The notes under the pieces are model-generated. The model was not told where the DNA came from. It saw only the letters and a program-made list of their open reading frames with translations, and did no database searches. Positions 35,494 through 45,050 of a stretch of DNA of 64,000 nucleotides are shown here, in pieces (position 1 is the first letter of the stretch; each line of letters opens with the position of its first letter). The position numbers and the translations under genes were made by a program. Source of the DNA: Escherichia phage LH01; the sequence record PP434429. The stretch is one strand, 5' to 3'.

Positions 35494-36180
35494 TTAGAAG
35501 TCGTGAGTAGAATCGGCTTCCATTGCAATAACATAACTTACTTGAGAGCTTTCAAACTTGGCTGCAACTTTATCACCAGCTCCCCACAACATTACTTTAT
35601 AGTTACCTGGCTGGATTTTCATATTAGCCATATTGATTACGAAGTTAAAGTTGTTAGAACCGTCATAATCGGTAAGAGTCAAAGAATACTTAGGACGAGT
35701 TAGTCCAGAATCTTCAACTTTATTGTAACCATTGATAACAATTTTACCATCTTTATTTGTAATAGCAATTGTATCAATCTGGAGACCACGTGAAACTCGA
35801 AGCAATTGTTGAAGGTCTTCAGCTTTAATTTCAGTAATCACAGAAGCCACTGGGAATTGAATTGGCTTATTAGGAAAAACAATGGTGCTCTTGTCGGCAG
35901 CAGGCCAATAAACTGTGGAACGTGTATCTGCAATTTTAATATTGCCATCAGTGTGCATTGAAATTTCAGCATCATCAGACACTAGACTCAAAATGCTTAA
36001 GAAGCTATTCAAATCATAAAGTGCTACGTCAAAATCAATTTCATCAGAGATATTTGCTTCCGCATAAGTGGTGCCATTAACTGCACGGGTCATAATAAAT
36101 TTACCTTGACTCAGCAGAATACCGGAGTTAATAGAGGCAAAGTTTTTCAGAATAGCGATAGTATCTTTAGACAGTTTCAT
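35494..36180 (-). CDS. 45: sliding clamp
   Basis: start at ATG for MKLSKDTIAILKNFASINSGILL; about 228 aa; position upstream of 44. Confidence 0.9.
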   Translation of the reverse strand: MKLSKDTIAILKNFASINSGILLSQGKFIMTRAVNGTTYAEANISDEIDFDVALYDLNSFLSILSLVSDDAEISMHTDGNIKIADTRSTVYWPAADKSTIVFPNKPIQFPVASVITEIKAEDLQQLLRVSRGLQIDTIAITNKDGKIVINGYNKVEDSGLTRPKYSLTLTDYDGSNNFNFVINMANMKIQPGNYKVMLWGAGDKVAAKFESSQVSYVIAMEADSTHDF

Positions 36181-36222
36181 TTTATTTCCTTTCAAGACAA
36201 TTCAAAGTTTATAACAAATTTA

Positions 36223-36639
36223 TTACGCAGCAACCATCTGCTTTTTAATAGCTTCAGGTAGTGATTCAATATATTCTGGAATTTTAGAAGCAACAATTTC
36301 GCCGGCTGCAATTAATTGTTCGTCGGCATCAACACAGTAGAAATCTTCCAGACGCTCAGAACCATCTTTATCAAGAACGATTTTTCCACCGGCTTCAATA
36401 GAATCTTTATAGTGCTTACGCATCAGATGAATCCACATATCAGATACATCGTTGTCGATAAAACCATAAATCATAAAACGAGTTTCTTGTGGCAAAGATT
36501 GAAGCTTTTTAGCACTCGCGTCATCACAATGCAGGACCCATGCTTTACGAACACGATTATGGTTATGCGGGTTAGCGTCAGTACGGATAGAAGTAACTTT
36601 CAGATCAGCAGCAGTGAAACCTTTAGCAGTAGTAAACAT
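36223..36639 (-). CDS. hypothetical protein at the rpbA position
   Basis: 138-aa ORF between 45 and 46; synteny only. Confidence 0.45.
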   Translation of the reverse strand: MFTTAKGFTAADLKVTSIRTDANPHNHNRVRKAWVLHCDDASAKKLQSLPQETRFMIYGFIDNDVSDMWIHLMRKHYKDSIEAGGKIVLDKDGSERLEDFYCVDADEQLIAAGEIVASKIPEYIESLPEAIKKQMVAA

Positions 36640-36651
36640 ATTATTTCTCTC

Positions 36652-36852
36652 TTATTCGTAGAAGTCAGTAACTGTCCATGCGGAATTGCGATTAGACATT
36701 ATTTTATTATACTCATCTTTAAAAGCAGATTTGAGCATTTGTTCAGTAACAATATGTTCTTCACCTGAAAACGTATTGGTCAAAACATATTTTTTAATTT
36801 CAGGGACAACGAGAAGATGTTGTCCGGTTGAATACTCCATGTTGTTCTCCAT
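36652..36852 (-). CDS. hypothetical small protein (45.2 position)
   Basis: 66-aa ORF from the track. Confidence 0.4.
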   Translation of the reverse strand: MENNMEYSTGQHLLVVPEIKKYVLTNTFSGEEHIVTEQMLKSAFKDEYNKIMSNRNSAWTVTDFYE

Positions 36853-36894
36853 TTAATTTGATGTGGTCATTATAACCACATCGTGTTAAAGCGT

Positions 36895-38583
36895 TTATGA
36901 AACAGTCATCACAGTAAATCGTCCAACTTTGCTCATTTGAAGATGTTGTCCATAAGCTTGTGGGTCATGGTCTCTGTGACTAATTATAAACACGTTTGCA
37001 TCGGTTAGAGAGTTAAGAATTGTTGAAATAGCTTTAATACCTTCAGAATCAGTCGCGGAATCCATGACTTCGTCCATAATTAATGTATTGATTCTAACAC
37101 CAGAGACCTTTTCAGCAATATCTCGCCATGTAAACAACAATGCGATATCGATACGTGCCTTTTCACCTTGACTAAATGAAGCATAACTGAACTCTTCACG
37201 GCCACGTGATTTTATAGATTCATTGAATTCTTCATCAATAGAAAACACGTAATCAGCTTCCATGATTTTAAGGTAATGGTTAATCTGCTTGTTGAACAGA
37301 GGCACATATTTTTTAATGATAGCACCTTTAATACCAGAATCTTTTAACATATCTGTTATAATACCACGATGGTATTTTTCAAGAACGATATCCGATTTTG
37401 TTTTAATGATTTTATCAAGTTCTTTTTGAAGCAAAGCTATCTCATCGGCATGGTCGATAAATTCCGCCGAGGCTTGTTCTATTGCAGCTTTAACTTTCTT
37501 AGCTTTATCAATAGTGGCAATCATTGCTTGTTTCTTGGTACGAATATCAGATGCAAGGTCCTGTTTAGTCTTAACATTAGCTCTATATTCGTCCACTAGG
37601 ACACTCAGATTATCTCTGTGACAGGTAAGTTGCTCGAATGAGTGATTACATTCATGAAGCTTATCGGTAATCTTAGAGACAATAGGGTCACCCTGGTGCA
37701 ACTGTGATGCGCAAGTAGGACATGTACCGCCATCATGATACATCTTAATAACTTTGTTATATGAGTCGATTTTAGATTTAATCAAGAATGCTTCTTGTCC
37801 GATCTTGTTGAATGCCTCAGTAGGGTCTTCGTCAAGAACGATATTAAGTAGACGCTCATTAGCTTCTTCAATTTCTGCTTTTAATGAACGAGCTTCTTTG
37901 GCTAGGTCGTCATACATATTCTGTAGACGTGCTACATTATCGCCAGATAATTTCTTTTGGCGTTCGATATTCTCGTTATAAATCTTAATTTGTTGGATAA
38001 TACCATCTTTCTTGGCATCGAGAACTTGCCCCTGGGAATTAAGTTCTCGAACTTGAGACTTATTGATTTTATCCATTTCAGCGAGTGTGCCGACTTCTAA
38101 AAGGTCTTCGACAAGTTTTCTACGAGCAGGGGTGCTAAGAGCCATGAAAGGGGTATACCCTGCCGTCCCAAGCACAACGATCTGTTTAAAAGACGCGTAT
38201 GACATTCCGATGCTACGTTCAAATTCTTCTTGGAAGTCACGACTGCTGGCAGATTCATCAAGACGAACACCGTCAACGGAGATTTCGAAAATATTGGGCT
38301 TTTGGCCACGTTTAATGAAGTATTTTTTATCATCGAATTCCATCCAAAGCTCAACTAAGAGCTCTTTCTTGTTCGTGCTATTAATGATTTGTCCTTTCTT
38401 AACATCACGAAATGGTTTACCGAAAAGTCCGAAAGTAATGGCTTCTAACATCGTAGATTTACCACCACCATTTTTACCAGTGATTAATGTCTTTTGGACT
38501 TTATCTAATTGGATATCAATAGGATTCCCACCTACCGACATGATGTTTTGATAACGAACACGATTTAATTTAAATGATTTCAT
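36895..38583 (-). CDS. 46: recombination endonuclease subunit (Rad50/SbcC-like ATPase)
   Basis: 562-aa ORF; Walker A GKNGGGKST, central coiled coil with CPTC zinc hook, C-terminal ABC signature/D-loop region. Confidence 0.85.
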   Translation of the reverse strand: MKSFKLNRVRYQNIMSVGGNPIDIQLDKVQKTLITGKNGGGKSTMLEAITFGLFGKPFRDVKKGQIINSTNKKELLVELWMEFDDKKYFIKRGQKPNIFEISVDGVRLDESASSRDFQEEFERSIGMSYASFKQIVVLGTAGYTPFMALSTPARRKLVEDLLEVGTLAEMDKINKSQVRELNSQGQVLDAKKDGIIQQIKIYNENIERQKKLSGDNVARLQNMYDDLAKEARSLKAEIEEANERLLNIVLDEDPTEAFNKIGQEAFLIKSKIDSYNKVIKMYHDGGTCPTCASQLHQGDPIVSKITDKLHECNHSFEQLTCHRDNLSVLVDEYRANVKTKQDLASDIRTKKQAMIATIDKAKKVKAAIEQASAEFIDHADEIALLQKELDKIIKTKSDIVLEKYHRGIITDMLKDSGIKGAIIKKYVPLFNKQINHYLKIMEADYVFSIDEEFNESIKSRGREEFSYASFSQGEKARIDIALLFTWRDIAEKVSGVRINTLIMDEVMDSATDSEGIKAISTILNSLTDANVFIISHRDHDPQAYGQHLQMSKVGRFTVMTVS

Positions 38584-38828
38584 ATGTATTCTCTTCGAAT
38601 GAAGTCCTCTACATATTTTAACATGTCATCCCTATCAGCAAAATATTCATCTAGTTCTGCATACATAACAACACCCGGTGCGTACTCACAGGTAACATAC
38701 ATTGTTCCAAAGAAACGAGGAGTTGTCTCCTCGTAATTCTCAGTCCATTCAACGATACCAATATAACCGTCACCAATACTAAATTCATGACGATGGATTT
38801 CATAATCAGTCTTCGTCATTATACGCAT
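38580..38828 (-). CDS. hypothetical small protein (46.1 position)
   Basis: 82-aa ORF; start overlaps the upstream gene. Confidence 0.4.
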   Translation of the reverse strand: MRIMTKTDYEIHRHEFSIGDGYIGIVEWTENYEETTPRFFGTMYVTCEYAPGVVMYAELDEYFADRDDMLKYVEDFIRREYI

Positions 38829-39063
38829 CCTTGATACATGCTTCAGCCATTTTAAGAATAGAGCCAGGAGTATCGTTGTCCATTATATTAAAGCTAAATT
38901 CAATAGCCCAGTCGGTGTAGACATGAACTGCTTTAACTTCATTGCCTTCAACGCGTAATGGCTCAATCCAATACTTGATAGTGTTCTCGAATCCATCATC
39001 ATCTTTAACGTCCATTTCAACTTCAAGCCCGAGCCCAGCATTATTAAATTCATCTAAAGTCAT
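38806..39063 (-). CDS. hypothetical small protein (46.2 position)
   Basis: 85-aa ORF from the track. Confidence 0.4.
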   Translation of the reverse strand: MTLDEFNNAGLGLEVEMDVKDDDGFENTIKYWIEPLRVEGNEVKAVHVYTDWAIEFSFNIMDNDTPGSILKMAEACIKDAYNDED

Positions 39064-40079
39064 TGTGTTGCCTCAATATAAAGTTCGTTGGAATATTTGA
39101 CCAGCGCTTCTCTGTCTTCGTCTGAGATATCTGGAATCGCGTCAATATATTCTTTAATGATATCTTGAAGTGATTTAATCTCGATTTCCTGGTCGTCATC
39201 AGATTCAACACTGTTATCAACTTTAGAAACCATACGAAGAGAGTGAACTACTTTTTCAAGTTCAGATTCAAACTTAGTCAACTCTGAATCAATTTCTGAT
39301 ACTATAACACGTACGGCTAGATTGGTATAATCAGAATAATTGATTTTGCCTTTAAACGGATAAGTGATTCGTCGATGCCATGTTGTTTCATTAGGAATAA
39401 ATTCCATACGTTCAACATCAGTGTCAAATACCCAGAACCCGCGCGGGTCGTTCTCATCACCTGCAGTAAGGGTCCATGGTGTCCCAATATATTTGACGTT
39501 AGCAGCTTCAGAGATTGTGTGGAAGTGGCCAGACCAGACTTGTTTATAAGTCTTTAAGAAATCAGGTTCAAGCCCATGAGACTTCATCCCTTTATAGAAA
39601 TAAAAGCCGTTCAGTTCCCAGTGCCCAACACAATACGCAGCAGAAGAAGTCTTGATGTGCTCTAAGATTTCACCTGTATTTTCTTCACACATCCATGGAA
39701 CGATATCAATCAGACATCCGTCAAAATCTACAGTAGTTGGATGTTCGTAAATAGTAAAGTTTTCAAATTGAGTTAACAATTCAGAAACAGTGTTAGGTGT
39801 TATTGTATTCTTAAACGCCATGTCATGGTTTCCTATCGTGACATGAACGTGAATGCCTGCTTTAGAAATCATATCAACTATTTCACGATTGAATTCCATT
39901 GTACGATGTGTTATTGCTTTACGGACGTCGAACCAATCACCGTACTGAATCCAAGTTTTAATCCCGTGTTTCTTAGAGTATTCAATTGCTTGACGAATAC
40001 CATCGCGTTGAATATCTTGAACCCATGGGTCGTCTTGTTTGACTCCGATATGGAAGTCGCCTAAGTGCAAAATTTTCAT
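39060..40079 (-). CDS. 47: recombination nuclease subunit (Mre11/SbcD-like phosphoesterase)
   Basis: 339-aa ORF; N-terminal MKILHLGDFHIG, later GNHD and GHWE/GHFH metallophosphatase motifs. Confidence 0.85.
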   Translation of the reverse strand: MKILHLGDFHIGVKQDDPWVQDIQRDGIRQAIEYSKKHGIKTWIQYGDWFDVRKAITHRTMEFNREIVDMISKAGIHVHVTIGNHDMAFKNTITPNTVSELLTQFENFTIYEHPTTVDFDGCLIDIVPWMCEENTGEILEHIKTSSAAYCVGHWELNGFYFYKGMKSHGLEPDFLKTYKQVWSGHFHTISEAANVKYIGTPWTLTAGDENDPRGFWVFDTDVERMEFIPNETTWHRRITYPFKGKINYSDYTNLAVRVIVSEIDSELTKFESELEKVVHSLRMVSKVDNSVESDDDQEIEIKSLQDIIKEYIDAIPDISDEDREALVKYSNELYIEATQ

Positions 40080-40102
40080 ATTATTTCCTCATTAGTTAAT
40101 TC

Positions 40103-40126
40103 ATTCTATCATCCGTTTATAAAGCA
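40103..40126 (-). promoter_or_regulatory. MotA-box middle promoter candidate upstream of gene 47
   Basis: TTTTGCTTTAT, 11 nt, TAGAAT about 25 nt upstream of ATG 40079; shares GGATGATAGAAT with the gene 39 promoter. Confidence 0.45.
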
Positions 40127-40149
40127 AAAAAGGAACTCCGAAGAGTTCC
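40121..40149 (-). terminator. intrinsic terminator, GGAACUC(UUCG)GAGUUCC hairpin plus U-tract
   Basis: perfect 7-bp stem, UUCG loop, followed on the transcript by UUUUUUGCUUU. Confidence 0.55.
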
Positions 40150-40322
40150 TATCCACATAGTACACCGTACAGAGGCTCATTTGAACTTTTAAATCGAATG
40201 GGCTTGTACGTAATAGTTCCTTCGGCTTTAGCTTTATCATAAGACTCTTTAAAACGTCTCATTCTTTCTGCTTTGCCTTTACGGATTTTATCGAAATTTT
40301 CAGAAGTCGGGATGTTCGTCAT
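40149..40322 (-). CDS. hypothetical small protein
   Basis: 57-aa ORF below the track threshold (MTNIPTSENFDKIRKGKAERMRRFK...), ATG start. Confidence 0.35.
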   Translation of the reverse strand: MTNIPTSENFDKIRKGKAERMRRFKESYDKAKAEGTITYKPIRFKSSNEPLYGVLCG

Positions 40323-40361
40323 GCATAAGCACCTCTCAGAAAATGCCTAAATCGATTTCTC

Positions 40362-40568
40362 TCATCGTTTCCACCATTTCTTAACTTGAAATGAATCAAC
40401 CCACACGAGTTGTTTTGGGTCTGCCTTTACAATAGGCGGACAAATTTCTGTAATAGAACCGTCGTGATATTCCTTTTCAGAAATTTTAACACAAAGAGGA
40501 CCACCCAATTTAATGGTGAACCCTGCGTTCAGCTTCAGACGTTTAAACTTTGTTTGAACTAGCGCCAT
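40362..40568 (-). CDS. hypothetical small protein
   Basis: track ORF 40362..40583 trimmed to internal ATG; weak. Confidence 0.25.
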   Translation of the reverse strand: MALVQTKFKRLKLNAGFTIKLGGPLCVKISEKEYHDGSITEICPPIVKADPKQLVWVDSFQVKKWWKR

Positions 40569-40866
40569 TAATGATGTCCTCAATAGCCTGACGAGTAGTA
40601 ATCCACTGGATTTTAATTAACTTGTCATTATATGGTTGTCGTAGAATATCCCGAGATTTCTTAATAGCATATTCGTAAGCTTCGAAGTTGTTTTGAATTG
40701 CTGCTTCTTGAGCATGAGCATAAAGTCGATTTAGTTCGAAACGATTCTTTTTAAGAATCTTTTCAGATTTTTTACGTGCTTCTGCTTCATTTTTCTTTTG
40801 TATTTCTTGTAGCATTTTAGCTACTGCATCTTCTGCTTCTTTATTTTCAATAATCTCGGTAGTCAT
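40543..40866 (-). CDS. hypothetical protein (Lys/Glu-rich helical)
   Basis: 107-aa ORF from the track. Confidence 0.45.
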   Translation of the reverse strand: MTTEIIENKEAEDAVAKMLQEIQKKNEAEARKKSEKILKKNRFELNRLYAHAQEAAIQNNFEAYEYAIKKSRDILRQPYNDKLIKIQWITTRQAIEDIINGASSNKV

Positions 40867-40867
40867 A

Positions 40868-41083
40868 TTATCTCATTAAATTAAAATAAAAACGTCCGTC
40901 CTCTTCAATGCAGAACTCGTACTCAACTGGAGTCCCATTTATCGAAAATGACACGTCATGTGGGTTCAAAGGGTCGATGTCAAAATTAATTTTAAATTCT
41001 CGACCCAACAGTTTTACCAAATAAGGGATTGCTTCGTCAAAAGGTTCTTCTAAGTAGTTAGAGATATCAATTGTCATCCTCAT
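40868..41083 (-). CDS. hypothetical small protein
   Basis: track ORF trimmed to an internal ATG just downstream of the gene 55 stop. Confidence 0.3.
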   Translation of the reverse strand: MRMTIDISNYLEEPFDEAIPYLVKLLGREFKINFDIDPLNPHDVSFSINGTPVEYEFCIEEDGRFYFNLMR

Positions 41084-41624
41084 ATAAAAAATCCAAACTA
41101 GGCGAATCGCTAACAACTTCCTTCTTTTCAGCCCCAGGAGCTTTATAAGCGGATTCTTCATAATGCGTCATTTTATCGTAGATGTCTTGAATAAACGTTT
41201 CATCTACCAACGCTACCATATCATCGTCATGACTGTCGTAGACATTATGAACGAAGTAACTATATTTCTTTGCAACTTCCTTACGTTCTTTTTTGATACG
41301 TTGGACAAAAGCATTAAAACAAGCTCGAGTTATGTATGCATGTGGGTTATTGTACTTAGTTTCGTCGAAATTATGAAGTCCCTTAATAGAGGCTTCAATC
41401 CCATCTGCAATCATCTCCTGCTTCCAAGACTGGGTATATCCTGAAAAGTTGAAACGTTTGGACAGGCCTTCGGCGATAAGCATAATTGCTAAACCGATGG
41501 TATCATTCTGACGAATAATTTTGTTTGGGTCTTTATTATTTAAGAGCTCCTTTTTCCACTCGATTATAGCGGCGAGAAGCTCTTTATTATTCACATAGTT
41601 ATTTTTAGGTTTTTGTTCAGTCAT
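41067..41624 (-). CDS. 55: late sigma factor gp55
   Basis: start at ATG for [17 protein letters not shown] with AAGAGG RBS; sequence closely follows T4 gp55 as I recall it. Confidence 0.85.
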   Translation of the reverse strand: MTEQKPKNNYVNNKELLAAIIEWKKELLNNKDPNKIIRQNDTIGLAIMLIAEGLSKRFNFSGYTQSWKQEMIADGIEASIKGLHNFDETKYNNPHAYITRACFNAFVQRIKKERKEVAKKYSYFVHNVYDSHDDDMVALVDETFIQDIYDKMTHYEESAYKAPGAEKKEVVSDSPSLDFLYEDDN

Positions 41625-41696
41625 AAGTACCTCTTGGCTCAATTCATAGGTCTATTATATCATAATATTTAGAGACCTATCTTAAAGCACGAGATA

Positions 41697-41966
41697 CTAT
41701 CGGAGCAAACAATAAGCCTGAAACACTTTTTCCATTAAACGTTTGAACTCATGGATATCGATATAAAGCTCAGTAAGACCGGCGTTATAAAGAAAATCTA
41801 AAAAGTTCTCATGTGTTTCGTTATAGTCGCCTTCGTTTAATTGAGATACATGAGTTTCCCAAAAACCGACACCTTTAACAAATGGAAAATACGTAACTTT
41901 CATAAAGTTGTCGACGTAAAATTCGCCCAGCTTTTCTTCAGTTATACTGATTCGAGTTAATTTCAT
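41697..41966 (-). CDS. hypothetical small protein
   Basis: 89-aa ORF from the track. Confidence 0.4.
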   Translation of the reverse strand: MKLTRISITEEKLGEFYVDNFMKVTYFPFVKGVGFWETHVSQLNEGDYNETHENFLDFLYNAGLTELYIDIHEFKRLMEKVFQAYCLLR

Positions 41967-42190
41967 TCTAGTTCCTTTGCTGCAAATAAGGCAGCATCCA
42001 ATGAATCAAATTGGTCAACGAAATCAATATTCAACGCATCGTCAACCGTAGCATATAACCACCATTGTTTGAATTCGTATTCTAGAATAAATCCAGGACC
42101 TTCAATCTGAGGAAGACCTAGGCTATTTGTACCAACTTCGTAACCAGCTAGACGCAGGTCATTAATCAAAGTTTCTGTTAATACGCTCAT
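41963..42190 (-). CDS. hypothetical small protein
   Basis: 75-aa ORF from the track. Confidence 0.4.
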   Translation of the reverse strand: MSVLTETLINDLRLAGYEVGTNSLGLPQIEGPGFILEYEFKQWWLYATVDDALNIDFVDQFDSLDAALFAAKELE

Positions 42191-42519
42191 TTTACCGCCT
42201 TAACAATTTTCAGGTCAACGAATTTTTTCTTACGTTGGTTTTTCATACGACGGATAGTCTTTTCAGAGATTTCATGTTTCTGATAAGCTTTAGATTCAAC
42301 ACCAAATGCAGCAACGTCAAATTCAGAAAGAATATATTGCACTAGAATTTCACGAATAGAATTACGTCCAATTTTCTGGTTGTGTTTTTGCATGATTTCA
42401 TAAAGACGGAATTCCCACGCGTCAAGAACTTGAGGAGTAACAATATTGCCGGATTCCAGAAGAGCAACAACTTTATCGAAAGCGAAAGAATTAACTACGT
42501 TTTTGATTTTAGTAGACAT
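42187..42519 (-). CDS. hypothetical protein
   Basis: start at internal ATG (MSTKIKNV) with GAGGAA RBS. Confidence 0.45.
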   Translation of the reverse strand: MSTKIKNVVNSFAFDKVVALLESGNIVTPQVLDAWEFRLYEIMQKHNQKIGRNSIREILVQYILSEFDVAAFGVESKAYQKHEISEKTIRRMKNQRKKKFVDLKIVKAVK

Positions 42520-42585
42520 ATTATTTTCCTCGGTTATTTTATTATCCAACGAGAGAATTATACTCATCTCTCAAGAGTTTGTATA

Positions 42586-42825
42586 TTATTTTTTAAGCAT
42601 GAAAAGTAAGTAATTTGTATCACGTGGAGTAATATCAACACCCATATCAAAGATGCCTTTATAGATTGGGTATTTGTTTTCGGTTGTATCGAAGCTGAAA
42701 CTATTTCCATCACAACTAACAGTAATAGCATCTGTTAAAATGTCATACTCAATCCTAACAATTGAATTCCCAATTTTAACGTCGAGGTGTTTTTTGAATT
42801 TGATAAAATCTAATTCTTGGGCCAT
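42586..42825 (-). CDS. hypothetical small protein
   Basis: 79-aa ORF; early-type promoter (TGTACA ... TATTAT) about 35 nt upstream. Confidence 0.4.
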   Translation of the reverse strand: MAQELDFIKFKKHLDVKIGNSIVRIEYDILTDAITVSCDGNSFSFDTTENKYPIYKGIFDMGVDITPRDTNYLLFMLKK

Positions 42826-42888
42826 GATATTTTCCTCATTTTAAGACGATAGGAAGATAATAACATGTCTTCCTATCGTTGTACATTA

Positions 42889-43101
42889 TTAACCGAACTT
42901 TTTAGCGCCTTTCCAGCCTTCGTACATAGCTGCACAAGTCAATAGTACAGCGTGCTGGCATTCTTTGTATTTGTAAATCCAGAACCAGCGTAAAAAGTCT
43001 TCATCCTCAACACCATTGAGTTTCATGTTGGCAAAGAATTCGGCACGTTCTTCACGAAGTTGCCATGACACAATATTTTCAGGATTCATTTTGTGTTCCA
43101 C
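42889..43101 (-). CDS. hypothetical small protein
   Basis: 70-aa ORF from the track. Confidence 0.4.
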   Translation of the reverse strand: MEHKMNPENIVSWQLREERAEFFANMKLNGVEDEDFLRWFWIYKYKECQHAVLLTCAAMYEGWKGAKKFG

Positions 43102-43313
43102 GCCCCATTTTCATCGATGAACTTAATCCAGTCATTTACAGACCATTTAGTTGTATCACCCTTTGGATTAACATTTAAAGTATATAATCCCTGCTTAAAA
43201 AGCATTCGTTTGATATTCATAATTTCCTCAACTGTAACGATAACATTCGTTAGCTTTACGTTTGGCTTCAGTATGAGAAGTATTATAATCATACTCTTCT
43301 TTACTGTAAACAT
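43086..43313 (-). CDS. hypothetical small protein
   Basis: 75-aa ORF from the track; N-terminal hydrophobic segment. Confidence 0.35.
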   Translation of the reverse strand: MFTVKKSMIIILLILKPNVKLTNVIVTVEEIMNIKRMLFKQGLYTLNVNPKGDTTKWSVNDWIKFIDENGAWNTK

Positions 43314-43548
43314 CTTTTTTCAACTTACGAACTTCTTTGCGGAGTTGTCGATTCATTTCATTCTTGACTTCAGAATCAACTCCTTTCATACGTTTCCATT
43401 TATCTGAGCGGAAAATGTTTTCAACCATGTCTTTGTGGCTAACACCGTCAGGAGCTTTACGCTTACCAAAATAGTCATAATCGCGAACTTTCAAATCTTT
43501 ACGACGATATGTTTTACCCATAAGTACCTCAGAGGTTGATTGATACAA
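43228..43548 (-). CDS. hypothetical basic protein
   Basis: 106-aa Lys/Arg-rich ORF; overlaps its neighbour, start uncertain. Confidence 0.4.
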   Translation of the reverse strand: MYQSTSEVLMGKTYRRKDLKVRDYDYFGKRKAPDGVSHKDMVENIFRSDKWKRMKGVDSEVKNEMNRQLRKEVRKLKKDVYSKEEYDYNTSHTEAKRKANECYRYS

Positions 43549-43777
43549 TGCGTTTGATAAAATTCACTTCACTTACTGAAAGGTCTTTAAGACCGATTGA
43601 TTCTAAACGCTGAGTAAGCGTCAACATCGGGATATAATCCCAATGAGTTTTATTTGCTTGATAAGTACGAACGCCATTAGCAATTTCAACATGCAAATCT
43701 GAAATGGTAACGAATACCAGACGCTCATCATTAACTTTAAGGGTTAGAACAACTTTCTTTGAATCTAAACTAATCAT
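43529..43777 (-). CDS. hypothetical small protein
   Basis: 82-aa ORF from the track. Confidence 0.35.
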   Translation of the reverse strand: MISLDSKKVVLTLKVNDERLVFVTISDLHVEIANGVRTYQANKTHWDYIPMLTLTQRLESIGLKDLSVSEVNFIKRIVSINL

Positions 43778-44049
43778 AGTTTAATTTCCTTCGCGATTGA
43801 ACAGAAGATACCACGGTCACAAAGCATTTCACCAATTTCTGGATATTTGATTGAACGATACCAAACATCCAGGCTTGAAATTCTGGTTATCCGTACTGCA
43901 TTACCATTGACAGAATAATACTGGTCAACCTTAATTTCTTTATCTTCAATTTTCATTTTGTTTTCCTCTATAGCAGATGGTTTAATCTTAACACATCTAT
44001 TGAGGATGTAAACTGTTTTATGAAAATATTTTCGATTTGAGAGGGGCAC
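43774..44049 (-). CDS. hypothetical small protein
   Basis: 91-aa ORF from the track. Confidence 0.4.
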   Translation of the reverse strand: MPLSNRKYFHKTVYILNRCVKIKPSAIEENKMKIEDKEIKVDQYYSVNGNAVRITRISSLDVWYRSIKYPEIGEMLCDRGIFCSIAKEIKL

Positions 44050-44118
44050 AAGGAGATAGTGAAGTGAAGATTCTAATGGATTATATTAGAAATAGGATAA
44101 AGAAGACCAGGCACCTGG

Positions 44119-44442
44119 TCAATCTTCTATGATATCAGAGTCGTATCCTAATGAAATCAAGGACTTTTTAAACTCTGCAATATTCTTTTGTTTCTTATCA
44201 TTTAAAAATATGACAGGATAACGAATATTAAGTGAAGTGAATCCTGCACGTTTAGCAAGAGATACGATTAAAGGACGATCATATTCAATCTTACCATTAT
44301 TAGTGAGGACTTTATAAAATGTATAAGGAGCATTGAGCTCCTTTAAAAGTTTTGTAACAGTATAACATCCTGGACAACGTCCAACTTCTTCAGGGATGCC
44401 ATAAATTTCAATCTTGTTCTTTAAGTTCGAGTTTTGTTCCAC
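44119..44442 (-). CDS. thioredoxin-fold redoxin (NrdH/glutaredoxin-like), probable GTG start
   Basis: IEIYGIPEEVGRCPGC active-site region; no in-frame ATG upstream; GTG at 44442 preceded by AAGGA is the most plausible start. Confidence 0.5.
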   Translation of the reverse strand: MEQNSNLKNKIEIYGIPEEVGRCPGCYTVTKLLKELNAPYTFYKVLTNNGKIEYDRPLIVSLAKRAGFTSLNIRYPVIFLNDKKQKNIAEFKKSLISLGYDSDIIED

Positions 44443-44725
44443 GAGAAATAATTCCTTGATAAGCCCAATAAGGAGGATTAACAGAATCCTCACCAGAGTT
44501 TTCTTCAGGAAAATAAACCTGGATAACAAATCCGGATGCATCAAATGTAAAATAAACTGTAGGCAGTTCACCTAACAATTCGGCACGAGCATTAATTTCT
44601 TCGAGATCTCGTTCACGTCCAGCCCAAAAACTAGGATTTAGATTACATTCGTAAAAATAATAGTCATTACCGAACATATCAAACCCCTTCCAACTCTCTA
44701 CCACATACCGCTCAAAACTAATCAT
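44408..44725 (-). CDS. hypothetical protein
   Basis: 105-aa ORF; its 3' end overlaps the redoxin start region. Confidence 0.45.
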   Translation of the reverse strand: MISFERYVVESWKGFDMFGNDYYFYECNLNPSFWAGRERDLEEINARAELLGELPTVYFTFDASGFVIQVYFPEENSGEDSVNPPYWAYQGIISRGTKLELKEQD

Positions 44726-44727
44726 AA

Positions 44728-44943
44728 TTAAGCCTTTTTATCAAGAACAGAATTCAGTTTGTTAGTAATTTTATCCAGACGCTCATTGAACTCATTAGAA
44801 GATAAGCCCTTTTCTGGAGAAATTAAACTAATCACGAAAAATACACCAGTAAAAGGAATAAGAAAAATAGCTCCAACTGCCATAAACAGAAAGAATGTTA
44901 CAGTTGTAAGAAAATCAGCTAAACCTTTACGAAATTTATACAT
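44728..44943 (-). CDS. small membrane protein
   Basis: 71-aa ORF with two hydrophobic helices. Confidence 0.4.
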   Translation of the reverse strand: MYKFRKGLADFLTTVTFFLFMAVGAIFLIPFTGVFFVISLISPEKGLSSNEFNERLDKITNKLNSVLDKKA

Positions 44944-45050
44944 ATTTACCCTTAATTAACCAAGCGTTGATAAGCAAACCATATTGCGAATAAAATTCTG
45001 GACCAAAATGAAAAATCATATCATTTATAGTATCCATAATGTAATTCAAT

